Shown here one piece after another: positions 1-9,299 of a DNA stretch of 64,000 nt. The first letter of the stretch is position 1. Each line of letters begins with the position of its first letter. The notes below the pieces were generated by a model. It did not search any database and was not told where the DNA came from. It saw nothing but the letters and a program-made list of their open reading frames with translations. Origin of the DNA: Haplodiscus bocki (lineage: Eukaryota); NCBI GenBank assembly GCA_965655095.1, contig OZ296652.1, positions 35,836,001 through 35,900,000 of the forward strand, in the 5' to 3' direction. The position numbers and the translations under genes are program-made.

Positions 1-683
1 GATGGAATTAATTGAGGGACATATAAATATAAGCTATTGATAGTTACAGTAATATCATTGGGTAATGTAGTGAATATAATATCCTGAAGATCATTCATTT
101 TAAATTTTAAGTGGAAACCAAGATTTTTTGTTAACTTTTTGAAAGTTTTACAAAAGCCGAATATGTGTTCTAAGGCTAGATGACCTTTAATTTTACCTTT
201 ATTAGCCTCTACAGCGTGATTGTTAATTAATATTTGTTTCAAAGGATTATCATCATCTAATACTGTTTCACCATTTTTATCGGAATAAGAAGACAAATCA
301 CCGTCTTTAGATGTTAATAAACGCATAATAGTACTCACCTGGCCAACATATTTAATATCTTCAATATCCATACCTCCAGTCGTAGTCAAAGTAGCTTGAG
401 TAAAACAATAAGCAAATGCGTTATTTATTAATCTTATCTGAGTAGCGTTTTCAAAAATTTGGTCTGCGGGATTTGCAACGATTTTTCTAAGAGTTATATC
501 GAATTCGAGATAAGCATTACCAATTTGGTGGTAATTATTATTTTCACCGAATATAAACTCAACATTTTGATTAGAATCATTCAAATTTGCTCCTGATTGA
601 TGATATACTTTAGTAAAATCTCTTTTAACGATTGAATTATCGATTGGTTCATTATCAATTAATTTGAAATCTTCTAAGCTCAT
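1..683 (-). CDS. Major capsid protein (double jelly-roll, Polinton hexon-like), N-terminal part; runs off the window
   Basis: Manual translation from ATG 683 is open to the window edge: MSLEDFKLIDNEPIDNSIVKRDFTKVYHQSGANLND...AYLEFDI...IRLINNAFAYCF...LEHIFGFCKTFKKLTKNLGFHL...LYLYVPQLIP. The L-x-HIFGFC motif is typical of Polinton MCPs. Absent from the ORF track. Confidence 0.88.
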   Translation of the reverse strand, partial: MSLEDFKLIDNEPIDNSIVKRDFTKVYHQSGANLNDSNQNVEFIFGENNNYHQIGNAYLEFDITLRKIVANPADQIFENATQIRLINNAFAYCFTQATLTTTGGMDIEDIKYVGQVSTIMRLLTSKDGDLSSYSDKNGETVLDDDNPLKQILINNHAVEANKGKIKGHLALEHIFGFCKTFKKLTKNLGFHLKFKMNDLQDIIFTTLPNDITVTINSLYLYVPQLIP

Positions 684-707
684 TTATATAAAATAAAATA
701 CTCATTT

Positions 708-860
708 TTATTGAACAAAGCCCTTTCCTGATAATAATTTTTGTTTAAATATTTGAATATTTGGAGGTAATGATGATGAATTAGTAATATTCATTTCTTG
801 TTTAATTTTAGGTTTTTGTTTATTTGAATGTAATCTCGATTTTATTAATGTTCTTGGCAT
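708..860 (-). CDS. Small basic protein (50 aa), putative core/cement protein with an adenain-type cleavage site
   Basis: MPRTLIKSRLHSNKQKPKIKQEMNITNSSSLPPNIQIFKQKLLSGKGFVQ*. Starts in TAAATG. LSGKG fits (M/I/L)xGx|G. Confidence 0.6.
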   Translation of the reverse strand: MPRTLIKSRLHSNKQKPKIKQEMNITNSSSLPPNIQIFKQKLLSGKGFVQ

Positions 861-946
861 TTATTATGTTGAAAAAAAAGTATATACTCTTATAATTGTA
901 AGTATAACCAAGTACAATTACAAAAATAATTGTATGTATCCATATT

Positions 947-1729
947 TTAAATTTCTTTTATCGATAATCTAAATGTAACTGATTGGCCATTAAATGATAC
1001 TAAGTTTCCATTTTCGTTTATTAAATTGAAACAAATACTTGAAATAATGTCTTTTGACTCCATCATATACCATTGCACTCCACCTCTAAATTTTTCAATG
1101 TATTTATACCCCGGATCAACATCCATAGTAAAATTCATTATTATTCCAGTTCGTTTCCCTTTAAAAATCATTCCTTTGGCAATATTAGTTTCAATGAAAA
1201 TATTATCGAATGACAGAATATCAACGGGATTGGGTGATAAATTATATTCTTCATTTATTGTTGTCTTATTAAATCCTAGAAGATCTCCTATACTATCATC
1301 GGGTATGAATGTTATTATTGGTCCTTGAGTGGATATTTCTATGATGGATCCAAGTGTTGAAAAGTTCGGTTTGATTAAAAATGGATAATTTGCTTCAGTA
1401 TAATATTCTTCATTAATAATAATTCTTTTAATTTCATTATTCAAATTTTCAAGTTCGTAAGCACCGGGTGGAATGGTGATTTGAATAAAACCATCTTCAG
1501 TAATTGATCTCGTGAAATAAAACTTATTATTCGAACACGTAACATTGAATATACCATTATAACCACTTAAGAAGGTGACTGCGATTTTGAATTGTTTTTT
1601 GTTAGTTTGTAATGGTTGAGATAAATGCTCTTCGTGAGTGCTTTTGTCCATAATGATTAACATATGCTCTTGTATTTTAGGTCTTGTGTTAAATGCTATT
1701 TGTTCTAATAATTTACTAGGAAGTTCCAT
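947..1729 (-). CDS. Minor capsid protein (penton-like, single jelly-roll)
   Basis: 260-aa ORF with IFNV..NNKFYF, IPPGAYE, LLGF, VDPGYK and C-terminal LINENGNLVSFNGQSVTFRL, as in Polinton/PLV minor capsids; close to the MCP gene. Confidence 0.85.
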   Translation of the reverse strand: MELPSKLLEQIAFNTRPKIQEHMLIIMDKSTHEEHLSQPLQTNKKQFKIAVTFLSGYNGIFNVTCSNNKFYFTRSITEDGFIQITIPPGAYELENLNNEIKRIIINEEYYTEANYPFLIKPNFSTLGSIIEISTQGPIITFIPDDSIGDLLGFNKTTINEEYNLSPNPVDILSFDNIFIETNIAKGMIFKGKRTGIIMNFTMDVDPGYKYIEKFRGGVQWYMMESKDIISSICFNLINENGNLVSFNGQSVTFRLSIKEI

Positions 1730-1757
1730 TTATTAAAAATTAAATACATATAAGTAT

Positions 1758-2606
1758 CTATATCTGAAATTTGTTAATAGCATTTTGATATTGTTTTTCA
1801 TTTTCTATTTCACCTCGTTTGTATAATTCATCAATTAAATTTGATGCTTCTGTAAGATTATTAGTATGTCCACTCAATTTCAGTCCTAATAGAACTTCAA
1901 GTCTGGTGTAGATATCAATTATGTTTGAAGGTATGATAATTTTTTCAACTCCTCTACCCTTAAGTTTAGTATTTAAATCCATAATTCTTATGACATCGTT
2001 ATCAAGTTCATATCTAATATATCTATCACGACCTTGCATACGACCTTTTCTAGGTTTATGTTTATAATATCCTGTTTTAACAAAGATATCTCAAAAAATT
2101 ACTTTATCTTTATCACTCATCGATTTCGCAGTATCGTATGAATGATCAGTAAATACTTTTTCAATACCGGGAGTTGTATTATATTTATTTTCATTGATTT
2201 CTATATTAGTTCCTTTTGGCGTTTTAATTGGATAATGTTTCAAAATCCACCCACGTTGACGATCATAATGTGTTTTGAAAAAGCCTGTATTATCTTGCAC
2301 TTTGTTTAATGTATCTTCTAATTCTACATCATATACGTTATCTTCGTTATTTTCTATTGGTTGATGAATTGGAGTGTTTTCAATAGCTAGTTGAGGAGTA
2401 TTGTTTTCTTTTATAACATCACCCAATTTTTCACTGGTCTCATCTAATTTTTTAGTGATTGGTGATAAGGATTCTGCTAATTTGACATCGTGTGTTTGTT
2501 TTAAGATTCTACTTTTAATTTTAAGAGCTCGCTGTTCTTTCTGTTGTTCTGCTAATTTTCGTAAATTTTCTAAGTCTTTTTCAGTAATGTTTGAATAAAT
2601 ACTCAT
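1758..2606 (-). pseudogene. Conserved Polinton structural ORF (~282 aa) interrupted by one in-frame TGA at 2091-2093
   Basis: Track ORFs 2091..2606 and 1758..2039 are in the same frame (...KDKVIF*DIFVKTGYYKHKPRKGRMQGRD...). C-terminus LKGRG...RLEVLLGLKLSGH...EASNLIDEL is homologous to E2 22845-23683 and E3 ~33920-34800. Confidence 0.8.
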
Positions 2607-2630
2607 TTATAATACTCAAATACATATCTT

Positions 2631-3356
2631 TTAAAAAGGACTACTATTTGGTACAAATATTGAATTTAAGCCAAGCCTGTAACGACCTGTATATTTATCT
2701 TTAGTCATATCAATTGTAAGAGGTTGATAACTTTTATTCCCACAAATACTAGTTAATATTTTGAATTCTTTGAGTGTCATATCCATAGAACTTTTGTCTT
2801 GATAAAGATTTAATACATCTCTGAAATTGTTTGGTTTAAATATATTAAAGATATTACCATTACAACGTATTGTTTTTTTATTTAATTCATAGTAATCTTG
2901 ACTTATTATAAAAATAGATAAAATATTATGTCTAGATCGTTTGAACATAGCTTGGATTCGAGGATCGTCCATTTCTTTTTGATTTAAATCGTCTAAGATG
3001 GTAATACTATTATTTTCATATTCTTGAGGATATTTTAAAATTTCTATATTATCATATGTTTCTTTTTCTGTATTAGATTTTTGAAAATCTTTGTTATTAA
3101 TTACCTCTTTAATAACTATATCAATTTCTTCTTCCTTTAAAATATTTGGTATTATATGAATAGGTATATAATTACTAAAACATTTAATTAGTTTTTGGTA
3201 TAAATCTTGATGAAGAGATGGACTGTAAATATATATTTTATCATATTCGTTTATGATATTTAAAATTATATTTGTTAAGAAATAGCTTTTACCATATTCC
3301 GAAGGGCCTGTTATGATACTTCTAACTGGATGTTTTGGATATAAAAATTTCTCCAT
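2631..3356 (-). CDS. DNA packaging ATPase (A32/FtsK-HerA family)
   Basis: Walker A GPSEYGKS, Walker B ITILDD, RSRH-x-x-x-SIFIISQ and IRCN motifs of Polinton/NCLDV packaging ATPases. Confidence 0.93.
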   Translation of the reverse strand: MEKFLYPKHPVRSIITGPSEYGKSYFLTNIILNIINEYDKIYIYSPSLHQDLYQKLIKCFSNYIPIHIIPNILKEEEIDIVIKEVINNKDFQKSNTEKETYDNIEILKYPQEYENNSITILDDLNQKEMDDPRIQAMFKRSRHNILSIFIISQDYYELNKKTIRCNGNIFNIFKPNNFRDVLNLYQDKSSMDMTLKEFKILTSICGNKSYQPLTIDMTKDKYTGRYRLGLNSIFVPNSSPF

Positions 3357-3473
3357 TTATAAAGCATTTTTACGACGACATAGAAATTCTAAGATACTGT
3401 AATTATATTTGTATAATTACAAATATTCATATATGAATAATAAGTATAAATATTATCATTATTGTAATTATTT

Positions 3474-3644
3474 TTATTTTTTGTTGAATAAAGGTTTGAT
3501 TAAAGTATACACCATCAATGATATTAAACATAAAAATGATAGACCACAGGTTATTGTAAATAATAATGCTGGTATAATTATATCAATATTACAATTATTT
3601 TTATCTGTAGTATTATCATATTCTGTGATATTTGTTATATTCAT
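3474..3644 (-). CDS. Small single-pass membrane protein (56 aa) with N-glycosylation sequons
   Basis: MNITNITEYDNTTDKNNCNIDIIIPALLFTITCGLSFLCLISLMVYTLIKPLFNKK*. TAAATG start, abuts the upstream stop, same strand as the rest of E1. Confidence 0.65.
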   Translation of the reverse strand: MNITNITEYDNTTDKNNCNIDIIIPALLFTITCGLSFLCLISLMVYTLIKPLFNKK

Positions 3645-4178
3645 TTATATATTATAAATTTTGATATTAGGATATTTTCGAATTAAAGGATTATTATGAT
3701 TCTTATTTATTAATTGCGGATTTTTAGCAATAATATAATTTATCCTTCTTTCCAGCATAGACATAGGCTTATCTTTGTAATGTTTATATTGACTATTACA
3801 AATACAACTTGTGATATTGATAATCATATGATTGATATTCATTATTTTATATCCAGCTCTTTCACAACATTTTAAATAATTCTCTATAATAACATAATCA
3901 GTATTATAATGATTACAAATTTCTAAATTAGCTGTGATATTATTATTAAATCGTAACTGAATTACACAATTAATAAAATATCTATCAAATTTTTCATTAT
4001 GAATATTAATATAATAATCAAATATTTTATTGATATTGTTTAAATTAATATTATTAACAGTATATTTAAAGTATAAACTTCTATCATATCTCTTCTTAAA
4101 AGAAACAAGATATTGATTAGGTTCATTTTTGTCGTTGAGTATTTCGTAATCACAAACTTGGCAAAATATATAAGCCAT
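3645..4178 (-). CDS. Viral hypothetical protein with N-terminal CxxC; paralog of 4193..4762
   Basis: 177-aa ORF, TAAATG start. Shares YINIxNxKF and P-x-S-x-LE motifs with its neighbour. Confidence 0.7.
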   Translation of the reverse strand: MAYIFCQVCDYEILNDKNEPNQYLVSFKKRYDRSLYFKYTVNNINLNNINKIFDYYINIHNEKFDRYFINCVIQLRFNNNITANLEICNHYNTDYVIIENYLKCCERAGYKIMNINHMIINITSCICNSQYKHYKDKPMSMLERRINYIIAKNPQLINKNHNNPLIRKYPNIKIYNI

Positions 4179-4192
4179 TTAATTGAAATAAA

Positions 4193-4762
4193 TTATATAA
4201 GTCCATATTTTTTTGAAAGAAAATAATATTTTGTCAATTTATCTCTAAAATTTGAGTTATGAACGTTTTTTAATATTTTTGATTCTAAAACAGATCTCGG
4301 CTGATTTAATAAATGATTACGTTTTATAGTTTTATATTTTGAAAATATTGTTAATATGACATTATTTATTATCGATGATGATTTTAATTTAATATTTTTT
4401 AAAAAAGCATTATGAAATACAAAATCTCTTACTTTTTTACTTTGACAAGTTTTATAATATATCCATCCACTATTTTTAAATTTATATAAAGGAATTTCTC
4501 CTTCGATATTATCGATAGAAATACTCATATTATCATCGTTTAATTGAAAATTAACTACAATAGAAAAAGAAGTAAATTTGTTATTATATATATTAATATA
4601 CTCGCGAACGATATTTTCAAAATCATTCCATAATACTCGTCCAATATGATGTCTATTTATTACGAAATTATTATAAAAATTTAGATGAGTTTTTGGTTTG
4701 TTATGTTTTTTTAGATATTTTCGATTAAAAAATTTTTCACAAAATTGACAATAGTACGTCAT
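4193..4762 (-). CDS. Viral hypothetical protein with N-terminal C2H2-like Zn finger
   Basis: 189-aa ORF beginning YYCQFCEK...KKHNKPKTH. Confidence 0.7.
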   Translation of the reverse strand: MTYYCQFCEKFFNRKYLKKHNKPKTHLNFYNNFVINRHHIGRVLWNDFENIVREYINIYNNKFTSFSIVVNFQLNDDNMSISIDNIEGEIPLYKFKNSGWIYYKTCQSKKVRDFVFHNAFLKNIKLKSSSIINNVILTIFSKYKTIKRNHLLNQPRSVLESKILKNVHNSNFRDKLTKYYFLSKKYGLI

Positions 4763-4769
4763 TCAAATA

Positions 4770-5091
4770 TTAAAATACTATATTACCTTGTGCTAGAAAG
4801 TAAATACATTGACATTATTTTTATTTTTAATTTTATTAAAATCATCAATATTCAAAATTTCACAAATAATATCATATGATAAGACAAATACTCTATCATC
4901 TTTTTCATCAGAAAAAATTTCACCATTAATAATGTCACCCGTTTTATATCTTTTATAAGTTACATTTGCAAGAATATTTAATTCTAGATTATTTAATATT
5001 TTTCTTTTAGATAGGTCATTAAAATTTTTTTGATATTAGGGCCTAATTCAGATGGAGTTATAAATATTTCTAAATATCTTTTTTCTTTCAT
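4770..5091 (-). pseudogene. Rpb7-family / poxvirus Rpo18 (D7)-like RNA polymerase subunit, broken by two frameshifting deletions
   Basis: Three frames join as MKEKRYLEIFITPSELGPNIKKILMTYLKEKY // ILNNLELNILANVTYKRYKTGDIINGEIFSDEKDDRVFVLSYDIICEILNIDDF...NVNV // YFLAQGNIVF*. This is colinear with vaccinia D7 as I recall it (YLPVTLEPHEL..IK..I...Y; [10 protein letters not shown]...[11 protein letters not shown]...DLICKL; FVFLANIV). Confidence 0.65.
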
Positions 5092-5149
5092 ATTTATAAA
5101 TATTATTATATTTCAAATAAAAGAATCTTTTTCTTACTTTTTTTCAATG

Positions 5150-5569
5150 TAACAAAAACCACTAGGCTATTAGAAGGCGTAATAGAAAGAGATATACTAG
5201 AATAAATATACATAACAGAATATGATGACATATTTGATAATGGTGAATTTTTCAAGCTCGTGTATGTGCATGTAGACATAATAAAAAAACAAAAGGCGAG
5301 CAATAATATAAGCGAGCGTGATGAATACGAATATGATTGCGATTATGAAAACTTCACGTAATTTGAATATGGTGATAACAAAACAGGCGAGGCGTAGCCG
5401 AGCAATAATATAAGCGAGAGGCTGACTGGAAGGAAGCCGGTGAGTGAGCACAGCGAACGAGCGAGCGTGGATATTGTCGGATAATATCAGTGGGACGAAT
5501 CGATCGAATGAGCGAAGCGAATGAGGTCGCTGAGGAGCTACTGGTATTATCCGCAATATCCCATATTAT
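5150..5569 (-). repeat. Terminal (TIR-like) region of E1
   Basis: Non-coding and GCGA-rich. CGAGCAATAATATAAGCGAG occurs twice (5297, 5399). The reverse complement aligns to E2 ~14945-15510. Confidence 0.7.
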
Positions 5570-5570
5570 T

Positions 5571-6394
5571 TTCACACACATTTGAAAACACGATCGGAGT
5601 TGTGATTGGCATCATATGATTTGCTACACCGGTTGTCAATGGAAAAATTGCAAAAAAAACTGATTTGAGACAAACAGCCGTCACTGCTCCTCATACTGAA
5701 ACAAAACTTCTGTGAACCATGGCTTTTAGGGTTTGCCATTTGTATCTTCTTGTTGAAGAAATGAACAAAAACAGCACGGCATGTGAAAAAGACTTTTAAA
5801 GAGACTGTTCTTCAATATTTGAGAGGATGCGTTTGAAAAAGTGGCACAATTTGCAAGCTGAAACTAAACAAGTACGTGCCAAATGCCGTGAAACGTTCGT
5901 TTTTGATTGCTTTGCTGCAACGCAAGTTTTTTGAGTGGTGTCACAAAATGCAAGTACTGATAAAAAACCTAGGCACTGAAAGTGTCCGAGCACGGGTTTC
6001 AACTATGGACGCTCAGACAAGAGCAGCACGGCTGGAACAGCCCAGTTGCGGCGAACAACTCTGTAAGTATTCTCTTCGCAGAAAAAACAAGCGTTAAAAA
6101 AATATCCATGACACTCAATTTTCTGAAGTCCTTCACGAAACTTCATTACTGCAGTCTTCTCCTAGTTACCATAGGACTGTCTAGAAAGTGTTTGGTTGTT
6201 GTTGGGTTGTAACTAATTCGACAGATGTTGTCCGCACGTATGAAAGTTTTTTTTTGAAATTCCGAGAATTTTTTTCGAAGGAGAAGTAAAACTACCATTC
6301 TCAAATTTTTGTTGTACCTCCCACAACATCGAACCTGTAGTTTGGCCTTTAACTCTGAAATCACTCGCTGACATTGAGTCTCATCAGGTCAAAA
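5571..6394 (+). repeat. ~820-bp dispersed direct repeat, copy 1 (starts at the E1 terminus)
   Basis: Near-identical to 8474-9299 (TTCACACACATTTGAAAACACGATCGGAG...CTCGCTGACATTGA). Confidence 0.92.
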
Positions 6395-8473
6395 GTGTTG
6401 GCTCCCAAACAATCCTATCTGTCAATATTTCTGTTCTTTTTTACTCTATACCATTATTCGCAATTTTCTAGGATGTCCATCTCAGATGCGTCGGATATTT
6501 TAATCTCTGGAGACCAACTATTGATGGATTTTCTTGCAGTTCTTCTCAAAAACAAAAACAGAAGCTCACAATTTTTCTCAATTCGGTGTTTTGACTGAAA
6601 TTTGCAGTTTCTGTGACGTGTTAATACAGCGAGTTTGAATACTTAGACATAGTTTCAATCAAGTCATTTCTTCCACTCTGTTTTTTAGTGTTTCAGCTTC
6701 TGAACACTATATTATTAATCCCGATATACTGCACAAAAAGTCCTCTTCAGCTCGCACGGTCATGTAAAATTTTTGATCCAGAGAATAAAACTGGACAAGC
6801 TGTAAACGGTGATTTTTTGAATAGTGTAAGAGTTAGACACGAGTTAATTTCACTAGCCTATTATTTCAATTACTATTTTTTTGAAAACCGCAGATATGTT
6901 GTTTAAAAATAATTAAATCTAACTTCAACTCCTCAACTCAATTTTAGTAACGGCAACACAGCCTTTAATTGACGGTTAGCAATTAGACGCTCAAGTTAAT
7001 GAAATAACATAGATGAATCATTTCAGAGAGGAGTATACGCCGTAGTTGCTCCGGCTTTTAAAAGAGTCTACGAAAATAGCTTTACCGCAATGAACATTTT
7101 GTTTTTCAAAATGTCAATAAGATACCCAGCGCTGTTGCGAAACTTTCCGCCGAGAGTTGTGCAAAAATGCTTGATCTAAACTACAATATAAATCTTTGAG
7201 AAGTGAAATTTGTTTTTTTTTTGGGTGAAGCACAATTTTGAAACATAAAAGTAAAACAGAGCTACCTGAAGACTTTTGAGGCTTCAGACTAAAAAAAAAC
7301 TTTGAAGCGAATGGATATCCAATTATTCAACGTTTTGTAACAAGTGTTGACAAAAACCTTGATGGAAAAAACCTGTAATTCTGCAAAAAAGGGCTTTTGC
7401 GATTCGACTCACTAGAAAATCTGTTTCTAGTTTTCTGGCCCCTCAAGTCGTTGGTTCAAGAACACAACCCTTGATTATGTTAAATAGTACTGTTCAGCAG
7501 ATAGCAAGTTGTCGATTGAGACCTTGGTGTAAAAAAGTTATCCTCCAAAGTTTCGAGTAAAATGTTTGAATACCGAGAAAGATATTAGCTTTGGTATGTT
7601 TTAGGTTTGTTCCATCTATCACGGCTGTAATGCAGGGAACCAAAACGATGACAAAACTATCAAATAACGTTTTACAGATAAAAATATGTTGATTCAGTCT
7701 TTGAAGAAAAAAATTACGCTGACAGTTTTAAAGTAGTTGATTTTTAAATACTATCCCTCAAAAATGCTTTTTTGGCAACTTCGGCCTATTCGGTGATACA
7801 GGAACCAAAACCCCAAATAAGCATTTTGAAAGCCATCCAGCCGGGTGGCAAATGTCAACTAGCACCCTGATATAAAAAAGACAACCGTGTTTTGGAAAAA
7901 AACATATCGAGATTTGGCAACAGTTCTTCTGGCCAGTTTTTTTCTCAGCTGAGTTTTGTGTTTATTGGATGCCCGGAAAAACCAGTGTACTTGTTTTAGA
8001 AAGAGTGTTGCAAACAAAACAAACGCACATTCCAAACTAAACTTGTTTTTCAGCGAACTGTTTAATAAATTTCACAAAATCAAACAATCTGTGATTTTTG
8101 CAAATTTTTCCCGAAAATTTTTTAACACTGAATAAAAAACTTTTTTCAGTTTTTATCCATAGAATGAGAACGTTGGACAAGATTCTCTGATCAATTCTCC
8201 ATAGGTTTCAATTCAGGTCACAAAAATGAAGAACATACAATTCGTTGACCGACTGCAGTATAAAAGTTGCCGATTTAGCAATCATTTGAAGAGATTGATT
8301 CTTTGAAAACGTTGGAGATTGCGACTGGAAAATGAGTCCAATGATGATTCTGTACATTTCTTGTCACACTGCGATACGGGCAGCTTATTGAAAGCACAGA
8401 AACGGAAGGAAACTCGTTGAAGTGTTTATTTATTTTTGTCAGTATAAATAGATTCAAAATTTCTTCTTCGGTC

Positions 8474-9299
8474 TTCACACACATTTGAAAACACGATCGG
8501 AGATGTGATTGGCATCATATGATTTCCTACACCGGTTGTCAATGAAAATTTTGCAAGAAAAAACTGATTTGAGACAAACAGCCGTCACTGCTCCTCATAC
8601 TGAAACAAAACTTCTGTGAACCATGGCTTTTAGGGTTTGCCATTTGTATCTTCTTGTTGAAGAAATGAACAAAAACAGCACGGCATGTGAAAAAGACTTT
8701 TAAAGAGACTGTTCTTCAATATTTGAGAGGATGCGTTTGAAAAAGTGGCACAATTTGCAAGTTGAAAGTAAACAAGTACGTGCCAAATGCCTTGCAACGT
8801 TCGTTTTTGATTGCTTTGCTGCAACGCAAGTTTTTCGAGTGGTGTCACAAAATGCAACTACTGAAAGAAAACCTAGGCACTGAAAGTGTCCAAGCACGAG
8901 TTTCAACTATGGACGCTCAGACAAGAGAAGCACGGCTGGAACAGCCCAGTTGCGGCGAACAACTCTGGAAGTATTCTCTTCTCAGAAAAAACAAGCGTTA
9001 AAAATATATCCATGGCACTCAATTTTCTGAAGTCTTTCACGAAACTTCATTACTGCAGTCTTCTCCTAGCTACCATAGGACTGTCTAGAAAGTGTTTAGT
9101 TGTTGTTGGGTTGTAACTAATTCGACAGATGTTGTCCGCACGTATGAAAGCTTTTCTGAAACTCGGAAAATCTTTTTTGAAAGAGAAGTAAAACTACCAT
9201 TTTCAAATTTTTGTTGTACCTCCCACAACAGCATAGAGCCTGTAGTTTGACCTTTATCTCTGAAATCACTCGCTGACATTGAATCTCATCATGTCGAAA
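8474..9299 (+). repeat. ~820-bp dispersed direct repeat, copy 2
   Basis: Matches 5571-6394 with scattered substitutions; yields near-identical short ORFs in the track. Confidence 0.92.

Larger units (their letters stand above)
1..5569 (-). mobile_element. Polinton/Maverick (adintovirus-like) endogenous viral element E1, one end, largely intact; continues left of the window
   Basis: Tightly packed, intron-less, AT-rich minus-strand genes: major capsid, minor capsid, packaging ATPase. The GCGA/TCGC-rich terminal region (~5150-5569) is homologous, in inverted orientation, to the left end of E2. Confidence 0.93.

Noticed and set aside
1026-2598. Plus-strand ORFs 1026..1328 and 2401..2598
   Set aside because: Antisense to the capsid and structural genes.
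3409-3657. Plus-strand 82-aa ORF
   Set aside because: Antisense shadow of the minus-strand 3474..3644 gene; all other E1 genes are on the minus strand.
5106-5581. Short ORFs in the E1 terminal region
   Set aside because: They overlap the non-coding terminal repeat region and lack TAAATG starts or recognisable motifs.
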